Source: the human T2T-CHM13v2.0 reference genome, Homo sapiens
Strand: one strand, 5' to 3'
Assembly (NCBI RefSeq): GCF_009914755.1
Contig: NC_060932.1
Length of the DNA stretch: 64,000 bases
Below the pieces are notes generated by a model. That model was not told the origin of the DNA. It did not search any database and worked only from the letters and a program-made list of their open reading frames with translations. Both the position numbers and the translations under genes were made by a program. Below are positions 52,556 through 64,000 of the stretch, one piece after another. Numbering within the stretch: position 1 is the first letter of the stretch; each line of letters begins with the position of its first letter.

Positions 52556-53421
52556 TGAGAGGTGAAGCTGGCTGGGCTTCTGGGTCGGGTGGGGACTTGG
52601 ATAACTTTTCTGTCTAGCTAAAGGATTGTAAATGCACCAATCAGCGCTCTGTGTCTAGCTAAAGGTTTCTAAATGCACCAATCAGTGCTCTGTGTCTAGC
52701 TAATTGGGTAGGGGACTTGGAGAACTTTTCTGTCTAGCTAAAGGATTGTAAATGCACCAATCAGCACTCTGCATCTAGCTAAAGGTTTGTAAACTTCCCA
52801 ATCAGCACTCCCTGTCTAGCTGGGGACTTGGAGAACTTTTCTGTCTAGCTAAAGAATTGTAAACGCACCAATCAGCACTCTGTCAAAATGGACCAATCAG
52901 CGCTCTGTAAAATGGACCAATCAGCTCTCTGTAAAATGGACCAATCAGCAGGATGTGGCTGGGGCCAGATAAGGGAATAAAAGCAGGCCACCTGAGCCAG
53001 CAGTGGAAAGCCGGTAGGGTCTCCTTCCATGCTGTGGAATATTTGTTCTTTCGCTCAGCAATAAATCCTGCTGCTGCTGCTCAATCTTTGGGCCTGTGCC
53101 GCCTTTTCCCTGTAACACTCACTGTGAAGGTCTGCAGCTTCACTCCTGAGGCCAGCAAGACCACGAACTTTCCAGAAGGAATGAACAATTCCAGATGTGC
53201 CACCTTTAAGAGCTGTAACACTCACCACAAAGGTCTGCAGCTTCACTCCTGAAGTCAGCAAGACCACGAACCCAGCAGAAGGAAGAAACTCCAGACGCAT
53301 CTGAACATCTGAAGGAACAAATTCCGGACAGACCATCTTTAAGAACTGTAACACTCACTGCGAGGGTCCGTGGCTTCATTCTTGAAGTCAGCGAGACCAG
53401 AAGCCACCAATTCAGGACACA
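52556..53421 (+). mobile_element. LTR12 (ERV9) solo LTR
   Basis: TGAGAGGTGAAG start, tandem TCTAGCTAAAGG...ACCAATCAGC units, CTTCACTCCTGA repeats, ...GGACACA end; TSD TTAT/CTAT. Confidence 0.95.
52636..52985 (+). promoter_or_regulatory. LTR12 U3 promoter/enhancer: 8 CCAAT boxes, GATA site, AATAAAA TATA-like box
   Basis: CCAATCAG occurs eight times between 52637 and 52948, followed by AGATAAG and GAATAAAAGC. Confidence 0.7.
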
Positions 53422-53461
53422 CTATATCTGTGATCCAGGTAACAACTACAGGGAGGAATAT

Positions 53462-54205
53462 TATTGACGAAAAGAGTCAAACTGTAAAATAGTTACAGAA
53501 ATGTATTCTGAGCCAAATGTGAGTGACCATGGCCGATAACCCAGCCCCAGGGCATCCTGAGAACATGTGCCAAAGGTAGTCAGGCTATAGCTTGGTTTTA
53601 CACTTTTTTGGAAGACATAAGATATCAATCAATACATGTAAGATGTATATTAGTTTGGTCTGGAAAGACAGGATGACTCAAAGAAGGTGCTTCCAGGTCA
53701 TAAATGGACTCAAAGTTTTTCTGATTGGCCATTGGTTGAAAGAATTTATCTTGAGACCTGGAATCAATGGAATAGAGTAGCTGGGTTAAGATAAGGGGTT
53801 GTGGAGACCAAGGTTCTTATTATGCAGATAAAGCTTCCAGGTAGCAGACTTCAGAGAGAATAGATTGTAAATGTTTCTTATCATAGTTAAAAATGTACCC
53901 AACTCTTAGTTAATTCTCTCCTGAATTAGGGAAAAGAGCTGGAAAGGGAAGGGGATTCTCTACAGAATGTAGATTTTCCCATATAAGAAATAGCTTTGCA
54001 TGTCATAGAAACATTTTGGGATAAAATATTTCGATTTTTTTCAGGGCGTGCTACTTTTCATGTTGATATCTTAATGCTACAAAGAGTTGGTTTTGTCAGT
54101 CTTAAGGTCTCTGTTTTAATGTCAATGCTGGTCAGTAGCGCCTGAAATTCAAAGGGAGGAACATATAATGAGGCATGTCCAAATACCCATTCCCATCATT
54201 GCCTT
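53462..54205 (-). mobile_element. MER4B/D-like ERV1 LTR, 5' end apparently missing
   Basis: TGACGAAAAGAGTCAAAC...TTCTGAGCCAAATGTGAGTGACCATGGCC...GGGGATTCTCTACAGAATGTAGATTTTCCCC...ATAATGAGGCATGTCC. Confidence 0.85.
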
Positions 54206-54826
54206 ACCAGCAATAACACTAGAAAGTATTCAGGGATTTTTGAGAAATGCAGATAATCAGAGGATCAGTTTAAGCAAACTTAATAAGCAAGAAAGAAGCT
54301 ATTACCTTATGTGCAAAAAATATAACCATAGGCACCTAATACATAATTAAATGTACCTAATACACTTGTTTGATCCAGGTTCCATTATTATAAATATTGA
54401 TCTTTATTATAAAGGCCTAAGAAAAATATGTAGAGGGTCCAAAGACTTAGCTAGAAAAGCTCAACTAAAGGGCTTTAATTTATTAAATGAGAAAAATAAT
54501 ATCCCTAAGAGTAACTTTTTTATTAAATGAATTATAGTATATGCATTCTGAAAGATCCTTAAGGACTAAAAATGTTCCACTGTGATTCTTGCAAGACCTT
54601 ATTCCCCAGCTGTTCTTTTGTACTCCTTTTTTAAACCCAAAATGACCAGTCAGTGGCTGGTACACTGTGACCACAGTCTTACTGCCCCAACACCCTGTTC
54701 CAAGATTAGTGCAACTTTGACTGACCTTGGACAATGTTCTATAAAATCTTTAAGTTTCTGATTTCCTCGAAAACATATCTTTCTGCTGTTTTCAAATAGA
54801 CACACCTTAATAAAGGTGTAAACTGA

Positions 54827-55298
<472 letters not shown>

Positions 55299-56486
55299 TT
55301 AAAATGTTTTAAATAAATTTTTAAATACACAAAAATATATATTTACATATGTATACGTAAGTATGTGATAGACACCTATAAAACCACACATCAAAAAAGT
55401 AACAGGAATTGTCTTTAGCTGGCAACAGGTAATTCTTTTTTTCACTTTGCCTTTGTGGAATTTGTTTCCTCATTAATTGTTGTATATGCATTGTGAATGA
55501 CCTTGAAGGACTTTTACAAAATACTTTTATAATTCATCATGCACATATGTATGGAGTTATATAATCTGAACGCATATAATGTCATAATTGTAAAAATTTA
55601 CTTCAATCTATCAAATCTTTCAGTCAGATGTTAACATTTATGCTCAAGTAGATGTTTAAAACATATTTTTAAATAAATGAATAATTAAAAGTATTAAAAA
55701 TCAAATATGAAAATAAATACATATTCTTAATATTTAAAAGTATTGTATCATAACTAATTGCACAACTTTATTCCTCTAAGCCTAAGAATCAATAATGCCT
55801 CTTTTTTTTCATAATATGAATAAGACGCAAATATTTCTTGTTTAATGTTGGTTCACATTTGATATCTAACGTAAGTTTTATTTTTCGACTTAAGACAGAA
55901 TATTAAAAGATTTTATACTTTTATTCAACTAGTGGAAAAGCAATGTTTTTGTATTTCTCAAAAAAACTACTATCAGTATTGTTTATAATTTTAAAAATAA
56001 GAAAAACTATATTTAAAGTTGTGGACAGAGTCACAAAATAAGCAGTGATGTCTTACAAATTAAACCTTATACATACTGTATTATGTATACGACTGATGCA
56101 TGTCCAAACAGATGTCAAATGATGTGTTAATAAAATTTCCAAAGCCAAAAATCGATGATTGGCAATAAATATAATGCAAAGCCATACTTCTTTGAAGCTT
56201 CTAGAGCCCAAATGAATATGTGCATAAAGGCAAAATCTTTAATTTTAGACCTGAAAACACAAGGCACACAGTTAAATTAATAGAATTAAAAAATTAACTA
56301 CCTATAAGTACACACAAATTTCCTAGTTAGGAAATGCTATGAGAATGGTAATTTGGAATAGATGGTTGAATTTAAAGATTTGATTCTGGCACCAGAACAT
56401 GACTTTGAAATGCTCAGTAGGGCATGAGTGCAATATGATCCATCACCCTGAATCTGTAGCATTTCTAGCAAAGCACAGCATTGCAA

Positions 56487-56660
56487 GGGTGGGGGAAGGG
56501 GGGAGGGATAGCATTAGGAGATATACCTAATGCTAAATGACGAGTTAATGGGTGCAGCACACCAACATGGCACATGTATACATATGTAACAAACCTGCAC
56601 GTTGTGCACATGTACCCTAAAACTTAAAGTATAATAATAATAAAATTAAAAAGAAAGAAC
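56487..56660 (+). mobile_element. Young L1PA3/4-like 3' tip (~170 bp)
   Basis: GGGATAGCATTAGGAGATATACCTAATGCTAAATGACGAGTTAATGGGTGCAGCACACCAACATGGCAC...CCCTAAAACTTAAAGTATAATAATAA. Confidence 0.95.
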
Positions 56661-56692
56661 AAATCACTGGGCAATGTACTCATTCTGTGTAG

Positions 56693-56888
56693 CAACACTG
56701 TCCAATAGAATTTTCCTATTTGCAAGACATGCTCTATGTCTGCACGGTCCGGTACTGTGATAACTAGTCACATATTGCTGAGAGCTTGAATTGTGGCTTG
56801 TATGACTGAGAAGCAGAATTTTTAATTTTAAAAAAATGAATGTAAAATTTTGGTCATATGTGATTCATAGCTTTCAGATAGGGAAGCT
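56693..56888 (+). mobile_element. MER3-like hAT-Charlie MITE
   Basis: CAACACTGTCCAATAGAATTTT...CTAGTCACATAT...CTTGAATTGTGGCTTGTATGACTGAGAAGCAGAATTTTTAATTTT. Confidence 0.78.
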
Positions 56889-58112
56889 CTATAATTATCC
56901 TTTAATCAATTTGATTATTAGCTACACTCCCAATTCAGTCCTTTTTTTTTTTTTTTTTTTTTTGTCTTGGGGCATATTTGGTTCACAAGTGAAGAAATTA
57001 GTCAGTATCATGAGTCTTTGTTGTTATTGTTCTATATTTAGTCATGCTAGTCATATAAGAAAGTATCAGCTACCTTTTTAAAATGCCATAGAAGTTAAAG
57101 TCCCTCCAATCAAAGCACCACTGGGGAACTCCAGCAGCTGGACAAATACTAACTCTGGCTTGGCTGGATCAAAATATCAGAGCCAGGGAATGAAGCCTTA
57201 CTGCCCTCTACTCATTGTCCAGATACATTGTTGAAGACGTCTAAGAATCTTTTAAATCTTTTAAATATTTATGATAATAGCAATATTTAAATGTTATATT
57301 TTAAATTGTTCAAGTTTGAAGAGATAAATTATGCTAGTCTTGTTCACGCAAATTATCATTTAATAGCACTTGGCTTCAGTCTAATTTGGCTTCAGAGTTC
57401 TGCCCCAAGTGAGAAATGTTTACTTATTTGATAGCACACAGTGCAGCTCACGGCAGAAGTGATGTGAAGCCAGAAACAAAGTGGACTGACTTTACTGTTG
57501 TGTTTGGATTTACAAATTAAAATGTATTTCAAATGTTTTCCAAACAAGCAGTCTCCATATGCTCAGTGGCCTTGCTGTCTCTTGCAGGAAAAGATAAAAG
57601 AGTGGAGAAGTTGAGACAGGTCATTCTAACTCACTTAAGCTTGAAATATCTTGACCTTTAATGGTTGTCCTAAAAGGAAGAAATAATTAAGTCATGCTAA
57701 TTGTTTGGCGGACTCTTCATTTCCCTTGATATTTAATTTTTCTCAGCATGCTATTCCTTCACTAATATCTGAAGACAGCTTCAAATGACAATAAAATTGA
57801 AACTCTTGCTTAAAATTTCTTTAGGTTCATTCCATAAAATAAGGTGAAATGACTGTTTCTATTAAGTTTCTATTAAGCTGTGAAATACTTCGATTATAAA
57901 TATATTTAGTTATGGTATGCATATTCCACATTCATTCTTTAATTTGATGATGAAAATAGCACCTACAAAGAATCATGGCTTAAAAATGAAACAGTTATCA
58001 CATAATTAATATTTAATTTCTACTCCTAACCATCTCAAAACCTCAGAAATCCACGTTCCTTTGTTTTATTTCCTGTCCTTCCCATTATTTCTTAGATATT
58101 TTATTTTGTAAT

Positions 58113-58670
58113 TGTGATGGTTAATTTTAGGTGTCAACTTGACTAGATTAAGTAATACCTGGAGAACTGGTATATTATTATTTCTGGGTGTGTTCGTGAG
58201 GCTACTTCCAGAGGATATTGGGTGTGCACCCATGAACTAAGTGAGGAAAATCAGCACTCAATCTGAGTGGGCACCATCCAATTCGATGGGGGCTGGATAT
58301 AACGAGAAAGGAGAGGAAAGGCGGTATTTTTTTTCTCTCTTTCCAGGAGCTAGGACACTCTTCTTTTGCCCCTAGACATCAGAACTTCAAGCTCTCCAGT
58401 CTTTGGACTCCAGGACTTTGACCAGCAGCCCTCAGGTTCTTAGGCCTTGGACTAGATATTACACCATCAGCTTCTCTGATCCTGAGGCCTTCAAAGTTAG
58501 ACTGAGCGATGCTACTGGCATCCCAGGGTCTCTGGCTTGCAGATAGCCTGTTGTAAAGCTTCTCAGCCTCCCTAATCCCATGAGCCAATTTCCCTAATAA
58601 ATCACCTCTAATATGTCTATATATGTATGTACATATCTTATTGGTTCTGTCTCTCTGGTGAATACTAATA
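58113..58670 (+). mobile_element. MLT2B-like ERVL solo LTR
   Basis: TGTGATGGTTAATTTTAGGTGTCAACTTGACTAGATTAAG...TGAGCCAATTTCCCTAATAAATC...TTGGTTCTGTCTCTCTGG. Confidence 0.9.
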
Positions 58671-59344
58671 AAGTTATTGTTCTTAGTTTGGATTTCATGT
58701 ACAATTGTCATCAAACTATTTTTATATTACTCTTTAAAGTCCAGCTCCTCGCCGAATCTCATCAGCTCTGATGTGATATCTTCAAACGTAAGAAAATATT
58801 GAAACAAAAAAAAATCAAGACAGATATTCCAATTTAATGATAAATGAGGATGTAATTTATATATGTAATTTATATATATAAAATAACATGATATGATATA
58901 TATGATATTTAATTTGTATGTTTGACATAAGATATTACATCATGATAAGATATTAAATCATATATCAAATACAGAAACGAAAGAGACCAAGGTCTTAATA
59001 AAATCTTTATAAAATGTTAAGTGGATTTAATGTTTCAGTTTTTTAAAATACAAATAAAAAATATAGCCCCTTGTTATAATTGGTACTGGTCTTACAGCTT
59101 TTGTAGTAGGTTTTTTAAGATATTAAGTTTCAAAACACTTTGTTGAAGATAATCATTTAGTGGCTTTTCAATAAAGTCAATTTTTAAAAAAATGTGTTTT
59201 ACATCATGCTATGCATCAATACCATAGTCCTAATGTCTCAGATGCAAACGTCATGCAAATCAAGAAAAGGTTGACAAATATCATGAAAATGCCCATGAGA
59301 TAAAATAACTGTTTTATTATAAGTTATCAGAGTCTTTGAAAATC

Positions 59345-59413
59345 ATAGCACCTGTGAATAGCCACTGCACTCCAGCCTGAGTAACATAGCAAGACCTCAT
59401 GTCTTAAAAAAAA
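59345..59413 (+). pseudogene. 5'-truncated 7SL RNA/FAM retrocopy (3' end plus A-tail)
   Basis: GCACCTGTGAATAGCCACTGCACTCCAGCCTGAGTAACATAGCAAGACC; TGTGAATAG is present in 7SL/FAM and absent from dimeric Alu. Confidence 0.75.
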
Positions 59414-60194
59414 GATTAAAGCAGTACTTATACTTACAGAATATTTAAATATTGCCACATTATTTTTGACAGCAATATAACTGAAAATAATTGGAATTTT
59501 TTCAATGGTGAAATTGTTAAATATGGTATGATTATATTCTGGGTATTAATAGTTATTAAAAGTAATTAGAAGTATATCTTAATTTGGAAAGATGACTAAG
59601 CTATATTTTTAAATTGGAAATTAAGAGTCAAAATAATTATTATATGTTTTAAAAAAGCAATAAACCACACGTATGCATATGGATGAGTCATAAGAGATAG
59701 CATTAAGCTATTATTATTAGAAAGGACTGGCAAGGAGAGATTACATTTAAAAAAAACATACATTGTTTCATGATGTGAAATGAACATGAATTACGTCTAC
59801 ATTTGGAATTTAAAAAGTTGTAAAATGATGAGTCATGAATATAACTGTATTTCTGCAGACCACAAGTTTCTTCACTTCTTAAATCACACTATATTTTCCA
59901 ACTCTTTTTCTCTTTTTTGTAATCTCTGCAGAGAAGTCTGAAGTCTCTGTCACTAAGAGTAAAAAGCCTGGGAACAAAGAAGGGAGCTTGGTGAGGACAT
60001 CTCTGATTCGTTCTCTCCTGCCCTTTCTGATGGTTTGACTCATGCTCAATCTAGGTCACTAACTTTCCTCTGGCTAACATGGTACCTTTATAGAAATACC
60101 AGATGGTTTTGTTTTAGCAGCTCTCATGCTTATGTAGTGCTTTGCAGTAGCATTTGAAAAATCTTTATTTCATTTTCAATTTATTATAGAAATC

Positions 60195-60395
60195 CTAATA
60201 TATAGAGCCAAAGAGCCAGAATTTTAACAGGTTCAAACTGATCTCACCTCTGCTACTTCTTAATAACCTCTAAACTGGGGAGGTTTTCTCATTTAAATAG
60301 TGAAGATGATAATAATTCCTTCACCAGGAAACTATGAAGTAACGTATAAAATGTTTCACACATTGTAGGCACTCAACCGAATATTAGCTGCATTT
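60195..60395 (+). mobile_element. MIR relic
   Basis: AGAGCCAGA...GGTTCAAA...TCTCATTTAAATAGTGAAGATGATAATA...GTAGGCACTCAA. Confidence 0.6.
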
Positions 60396-63099
60396 TCTTA
60401 ACAATTTTTCAAAACTGTCTTCATATTAAAATTTTATCTTCAGCCCAGGTTTAACCAGCCATCATTGGAATCAACAACCCAAAGGGAAAATTGGTAGTGA
60501 GGTTTATAATTAAAGTATATAAGCAAATTCTTCTGATCTTCTGTACCAGAAACCTTGTCAAAACTACTTTAAACTATTTTCCTATGATACGTCAAACCTT
60601 TCCTTCAGTAATTCAGCTTCATTTTCAGGCACAAGGTCCAGGAATCCAATCATTTAGCATACAAATTAGCTTATACCCTTGCAATAGCTTTTAGTTTCTT
60701 TAGTTTTCCTTTCTTGATCTTCAAGACAGGACAATTATCTGTTGCTGACTGTTCCAATAGCAAATAGGAAATAAACCTCAGAAGCACGCATTTATACAGT
60801 ATCAAATATGTTAGAATGTTCGTGGATGCCTGCTTCTATGGGGACAAAGGGCTGCAAAGACCAGGCTGTGTATCACAGAGTGCTAACCGACAGAGTTTGA
60901 TTGTTTGCTCAAGCTGGGCTGGCACTTTAGAAATGAAGTTTTCCAAGGAGTATCTGAATTGAGAAAAGGGGTTTAGGCTGTCTGAAATTATACAAAAAGA
61001 TTATATATAAGAAATCCATTTGATAATATACATGACAAATATAACTACCAATGAATCTGGATAGATTAATGAACTGACCCATCTCTTTATTTAAGAAGAC
61101 AAATGAAAAGAAAATATCCAGAACAGTTGTGGACAAGGGCTCCTATCTATAAAATGTAACATATAGTGTATTAGTCTTCTGTGATATTTTCAACAATCAA
61201 ACGTAGTCTAGGTCAGCATTTTTCTAAAGGAACAGTCATTCTATTTAGTTTAGAAAGACAGTGTGTGGTGTCTTGATCAAAACTCTTTGCCTCTTGTTTT
61301 TTTAGATTATACAAGGCCACTAAGCTTCCTTGTATATTTTCATTATCCCTCTTAGTTATCTTCATTTCTGTGACAGCCTATCCCATTTATGGTGTTTAAA
61401 TTTCCTTAGCTTCTCTCTCTCTCTTATTATCTTCTAGAAACTTCTAGACCCTAACCTGAACCTCTATCTCACTTGGTTGTCAGCAGTCGTTTCATGCTTA
61501 TTTCAACAGAGCAAAAAGATAGGTATTTTTTGTTGTTGTTTAAAATTTTCTTTCTTGCATCTAGAATATGTGCCAGAAAAGTAAATTTGATATTAAACAA
61601 GGCAAAGTTAAATTTTGGAGAAGAAATACATTGTAACTTAGATACTGTGGGAGAGAAAAGGATGAAGTTTATTTGGCTTATGGTTTTTATTTCTGAGAAA
61701 AAAATGTTCCATTGATAGCCAGATCTTCTTAAAATATAGGTTTTCAACATAGGTTCTATGTGCATGGAATCTCTATTAGAGTTGCAAAAGTACCCCCAGA
61801 AATAAGTATGCCACCTTAGCCGCCTTAGGCTTAGTTCAAACCCTTCATTCCAAATTCTGAAGACATCTAAATAATACATTAAAAGTTGTTGTATATTGTT
61901 TAAAGCACGACCTAAATAGGAGATATAGTCTCTACTCAGTTATCTATGAAATTTGCACATTATCAGTAAGCTTTATAGAGCATTTTATTAAATACATGAA
62001 AACTTGCATCAACAAATGTATTAAATGTGTTTATAAATCAGATAAAATGCTAAGCTCTTGAATACAGTTATATGATAAACACGCTATTAATAGGAAATGG
62101 AACTGAGTAGCTGCATAAATTAATCACAGATGGCTTACTTCAGGGGCTGACATTCATATCTAGACTAATAAGATTTGTCTAAGAATTACTTTGGCTAGAT
62201 TGCTAGAGTAAACAATGATGAAATGGATTTCATGATCTTAGCACTGATCTGTGTGTTCATGTTACTCACACCCCTGTGTAATAAATAGTCCCTGTTTGGA
62301 TGACAAGTTTAGTGAGTGTGATGGACAAAGCAATGTATGTGTCCAGAGTTTATTTTAACTGTCAAACAGCTTAAGAAGGTTTGCTCTGGGAATAAGTGAC
62401 CTCTACACAAAAGTTCTTAGATATCTATATAAAGTTGATTTCAAATATCTTATTTTTGGAATGCTATGAATATAATGTGGAAAACAAAATATTTAACATT
62501 TTCATTTTTCATTGTAATTCAGACTAGATTTCCCAAAGTGCTAATTCAATAAAGACTATACAAGCAGTTTTAATCAGAAACACTACTATATTGTCCTTGA
62601 ATATTTACATATAAATATTTCTATTGTAGACATATCTGTTGAGGCCAACAGAAGTTAATATTGATTGGATAGAGTCTTTTTCATTGAGACAATAAGAGAT
62701 AGAATAACAACCTAAATGGTTCTGAACAAGGGCTCCTATCCATAAATTTTAAAATATAGTTTAATCTGAGAAAAGGACCCTGTAAAGTACTGAATACATA
62801 AGTTGTTTGCTCAGCTATGGTGCAAAGGCCAGATAGAAGTTCCCTTATATCTCAAATAATATTTGTATCCCCTTTGCCACATCAGGTGTTATTCTAGTAA
62901 TTAGCTAGTCACTAAGGCACTCAGAGCATTAATCTAATAATCAGTAATCCTGCAACTTCCTAGTTTCAAAGCCTCCTCCTAGTATACATCTGGGTAATTA
63001 GCAACTCTGCTATAACTCTGTTTCTTCATTTATAAATTTAAAATAGCCCAACTATTTCTCTATCTTTTCATCAAATTTTATTTGTGTTATAAGCTTTTA

Positions 63100-63350
63100 C
63101 AGTAGCCTGCATTTGTACAACTACTGAGTGTTTCAGAACAGATATGATTACACCTACCACCTTGGCATACTTATTAATATTGCCCCATTTGAACTCTAAA
63201 AGTATCATGATTTGGATGATAAGCTGTACAGTCACCCTATTGTTGGATTGAAAGTGTAGAGATTATTCTCCCATTTTATGGTGATGAAGTTTAAGACTGA
63301 AAGTTAATTATCTTTAGTAACACTTTATCCTAGGCAATGCTTTTACTACT
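63100..63350 (-). mobile_element. MIR relic
   Basis: GATTATTCTCCCATTTTATGGTGATGAAG...GTTAATTATCTT. Confidence 0.5.
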
Positions 63351-64000
63351 ATAACTTTCTGCTTTTGTTCACATAACTCTTTCTTTTACTGGGGAATATC
63401 GGGGTACAATACTATAGAGTGGGAAGAAATAAAAGTTTCTTTAGCTCCATTTTAGATTTAGTAATTTGGATATGCTCTGTAAAGACTGTGACATTGCTGA
63501 TAGTAACATAGGCCTAATTAGCATCCTGTATTGTGAAGCACAGTCTTGTTGAAGCATGCATCTTGGCAGAGAGAAAGGTTGTGCCTGTCTTTTATGGTAG
63601 TCAAAATTTTATTAGTTTCACTTCAATTAAAAAATGCGACCTATTTTTTCAAATTTGTTTCAAATTGAATTTACCAGAGAAAAAAAAGAACTATTCATTC
63701 TTAACATTGCTGCATGAAATTATCAAGATGACATGTAATATAAAATTATATAATGATAGAATGTCTTTGACCCCAGGCACATAGATATTTTGGAAGTCAT
63801 CTTATCATGCCTCTAATTTTACAAATGGGAAAACTATGTCAAGAAAAATCACATACTAATATCTGAGACCAGAGCAGTACTATGGCACTACATACACAAT
63901 GAGATGAAGAGACAGGTTTCAGCATTTGACAACCCCTTTCTTCCAAAACTAGTTACATAAAAGGCTCTGTAAAGAAAAATATTTTGGTTAAACAGGTTTA

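Noticed and set aside
61469-61879. 136-aa minus-strand ORF ending MKRLLTTK near a donor-like AA|GTGAG
   Set aside because: Composition is typical of random AT-rich ORFs (F/I/K/L/N rich) and there is no recognisable homology.

Overview
AT-rich, gene-poor primate (probably human) genomic DNA. I find no credible host protein-coding gene, functional RNA gene or CRISPR array. The ORFs I can recognise are fragments of L1 ORF1/ORF2, Alu or LTR sequence; the rest look like chance ORFs. The window is a layered archive of transposable elements: several L1s (L1PA14-like split by a MER52 LTR, an internally deleted L1PA16-like, L1MA9-like, L1MC1-like, a near full-length L1MA2/3-like, a short young L1PA3/4 tail), four Alus plus one Alu stub, MaLR/ERVL LTRs (MST, THE1, MLT1, MLT2, LTR33), six ERV1 solo LTRs packed into 46.5-54.2 kb (including an LTR12 with eight CCAAT boxes), MIR/L2 relics and two hAT MITEs. 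The most unusual signals are local rearrangement scars (a 145-bp templated copy of an L1 5'UTR inside its own ORF2, a fold-back inversion, palindromic micro-arrays), a dispersed repeat near 61.1/62.7 kb, and CpG-retaining patches in unique DNA. Family names come from my recollection of consensus sequences, not from a database search. I see no support for a novel biological system.
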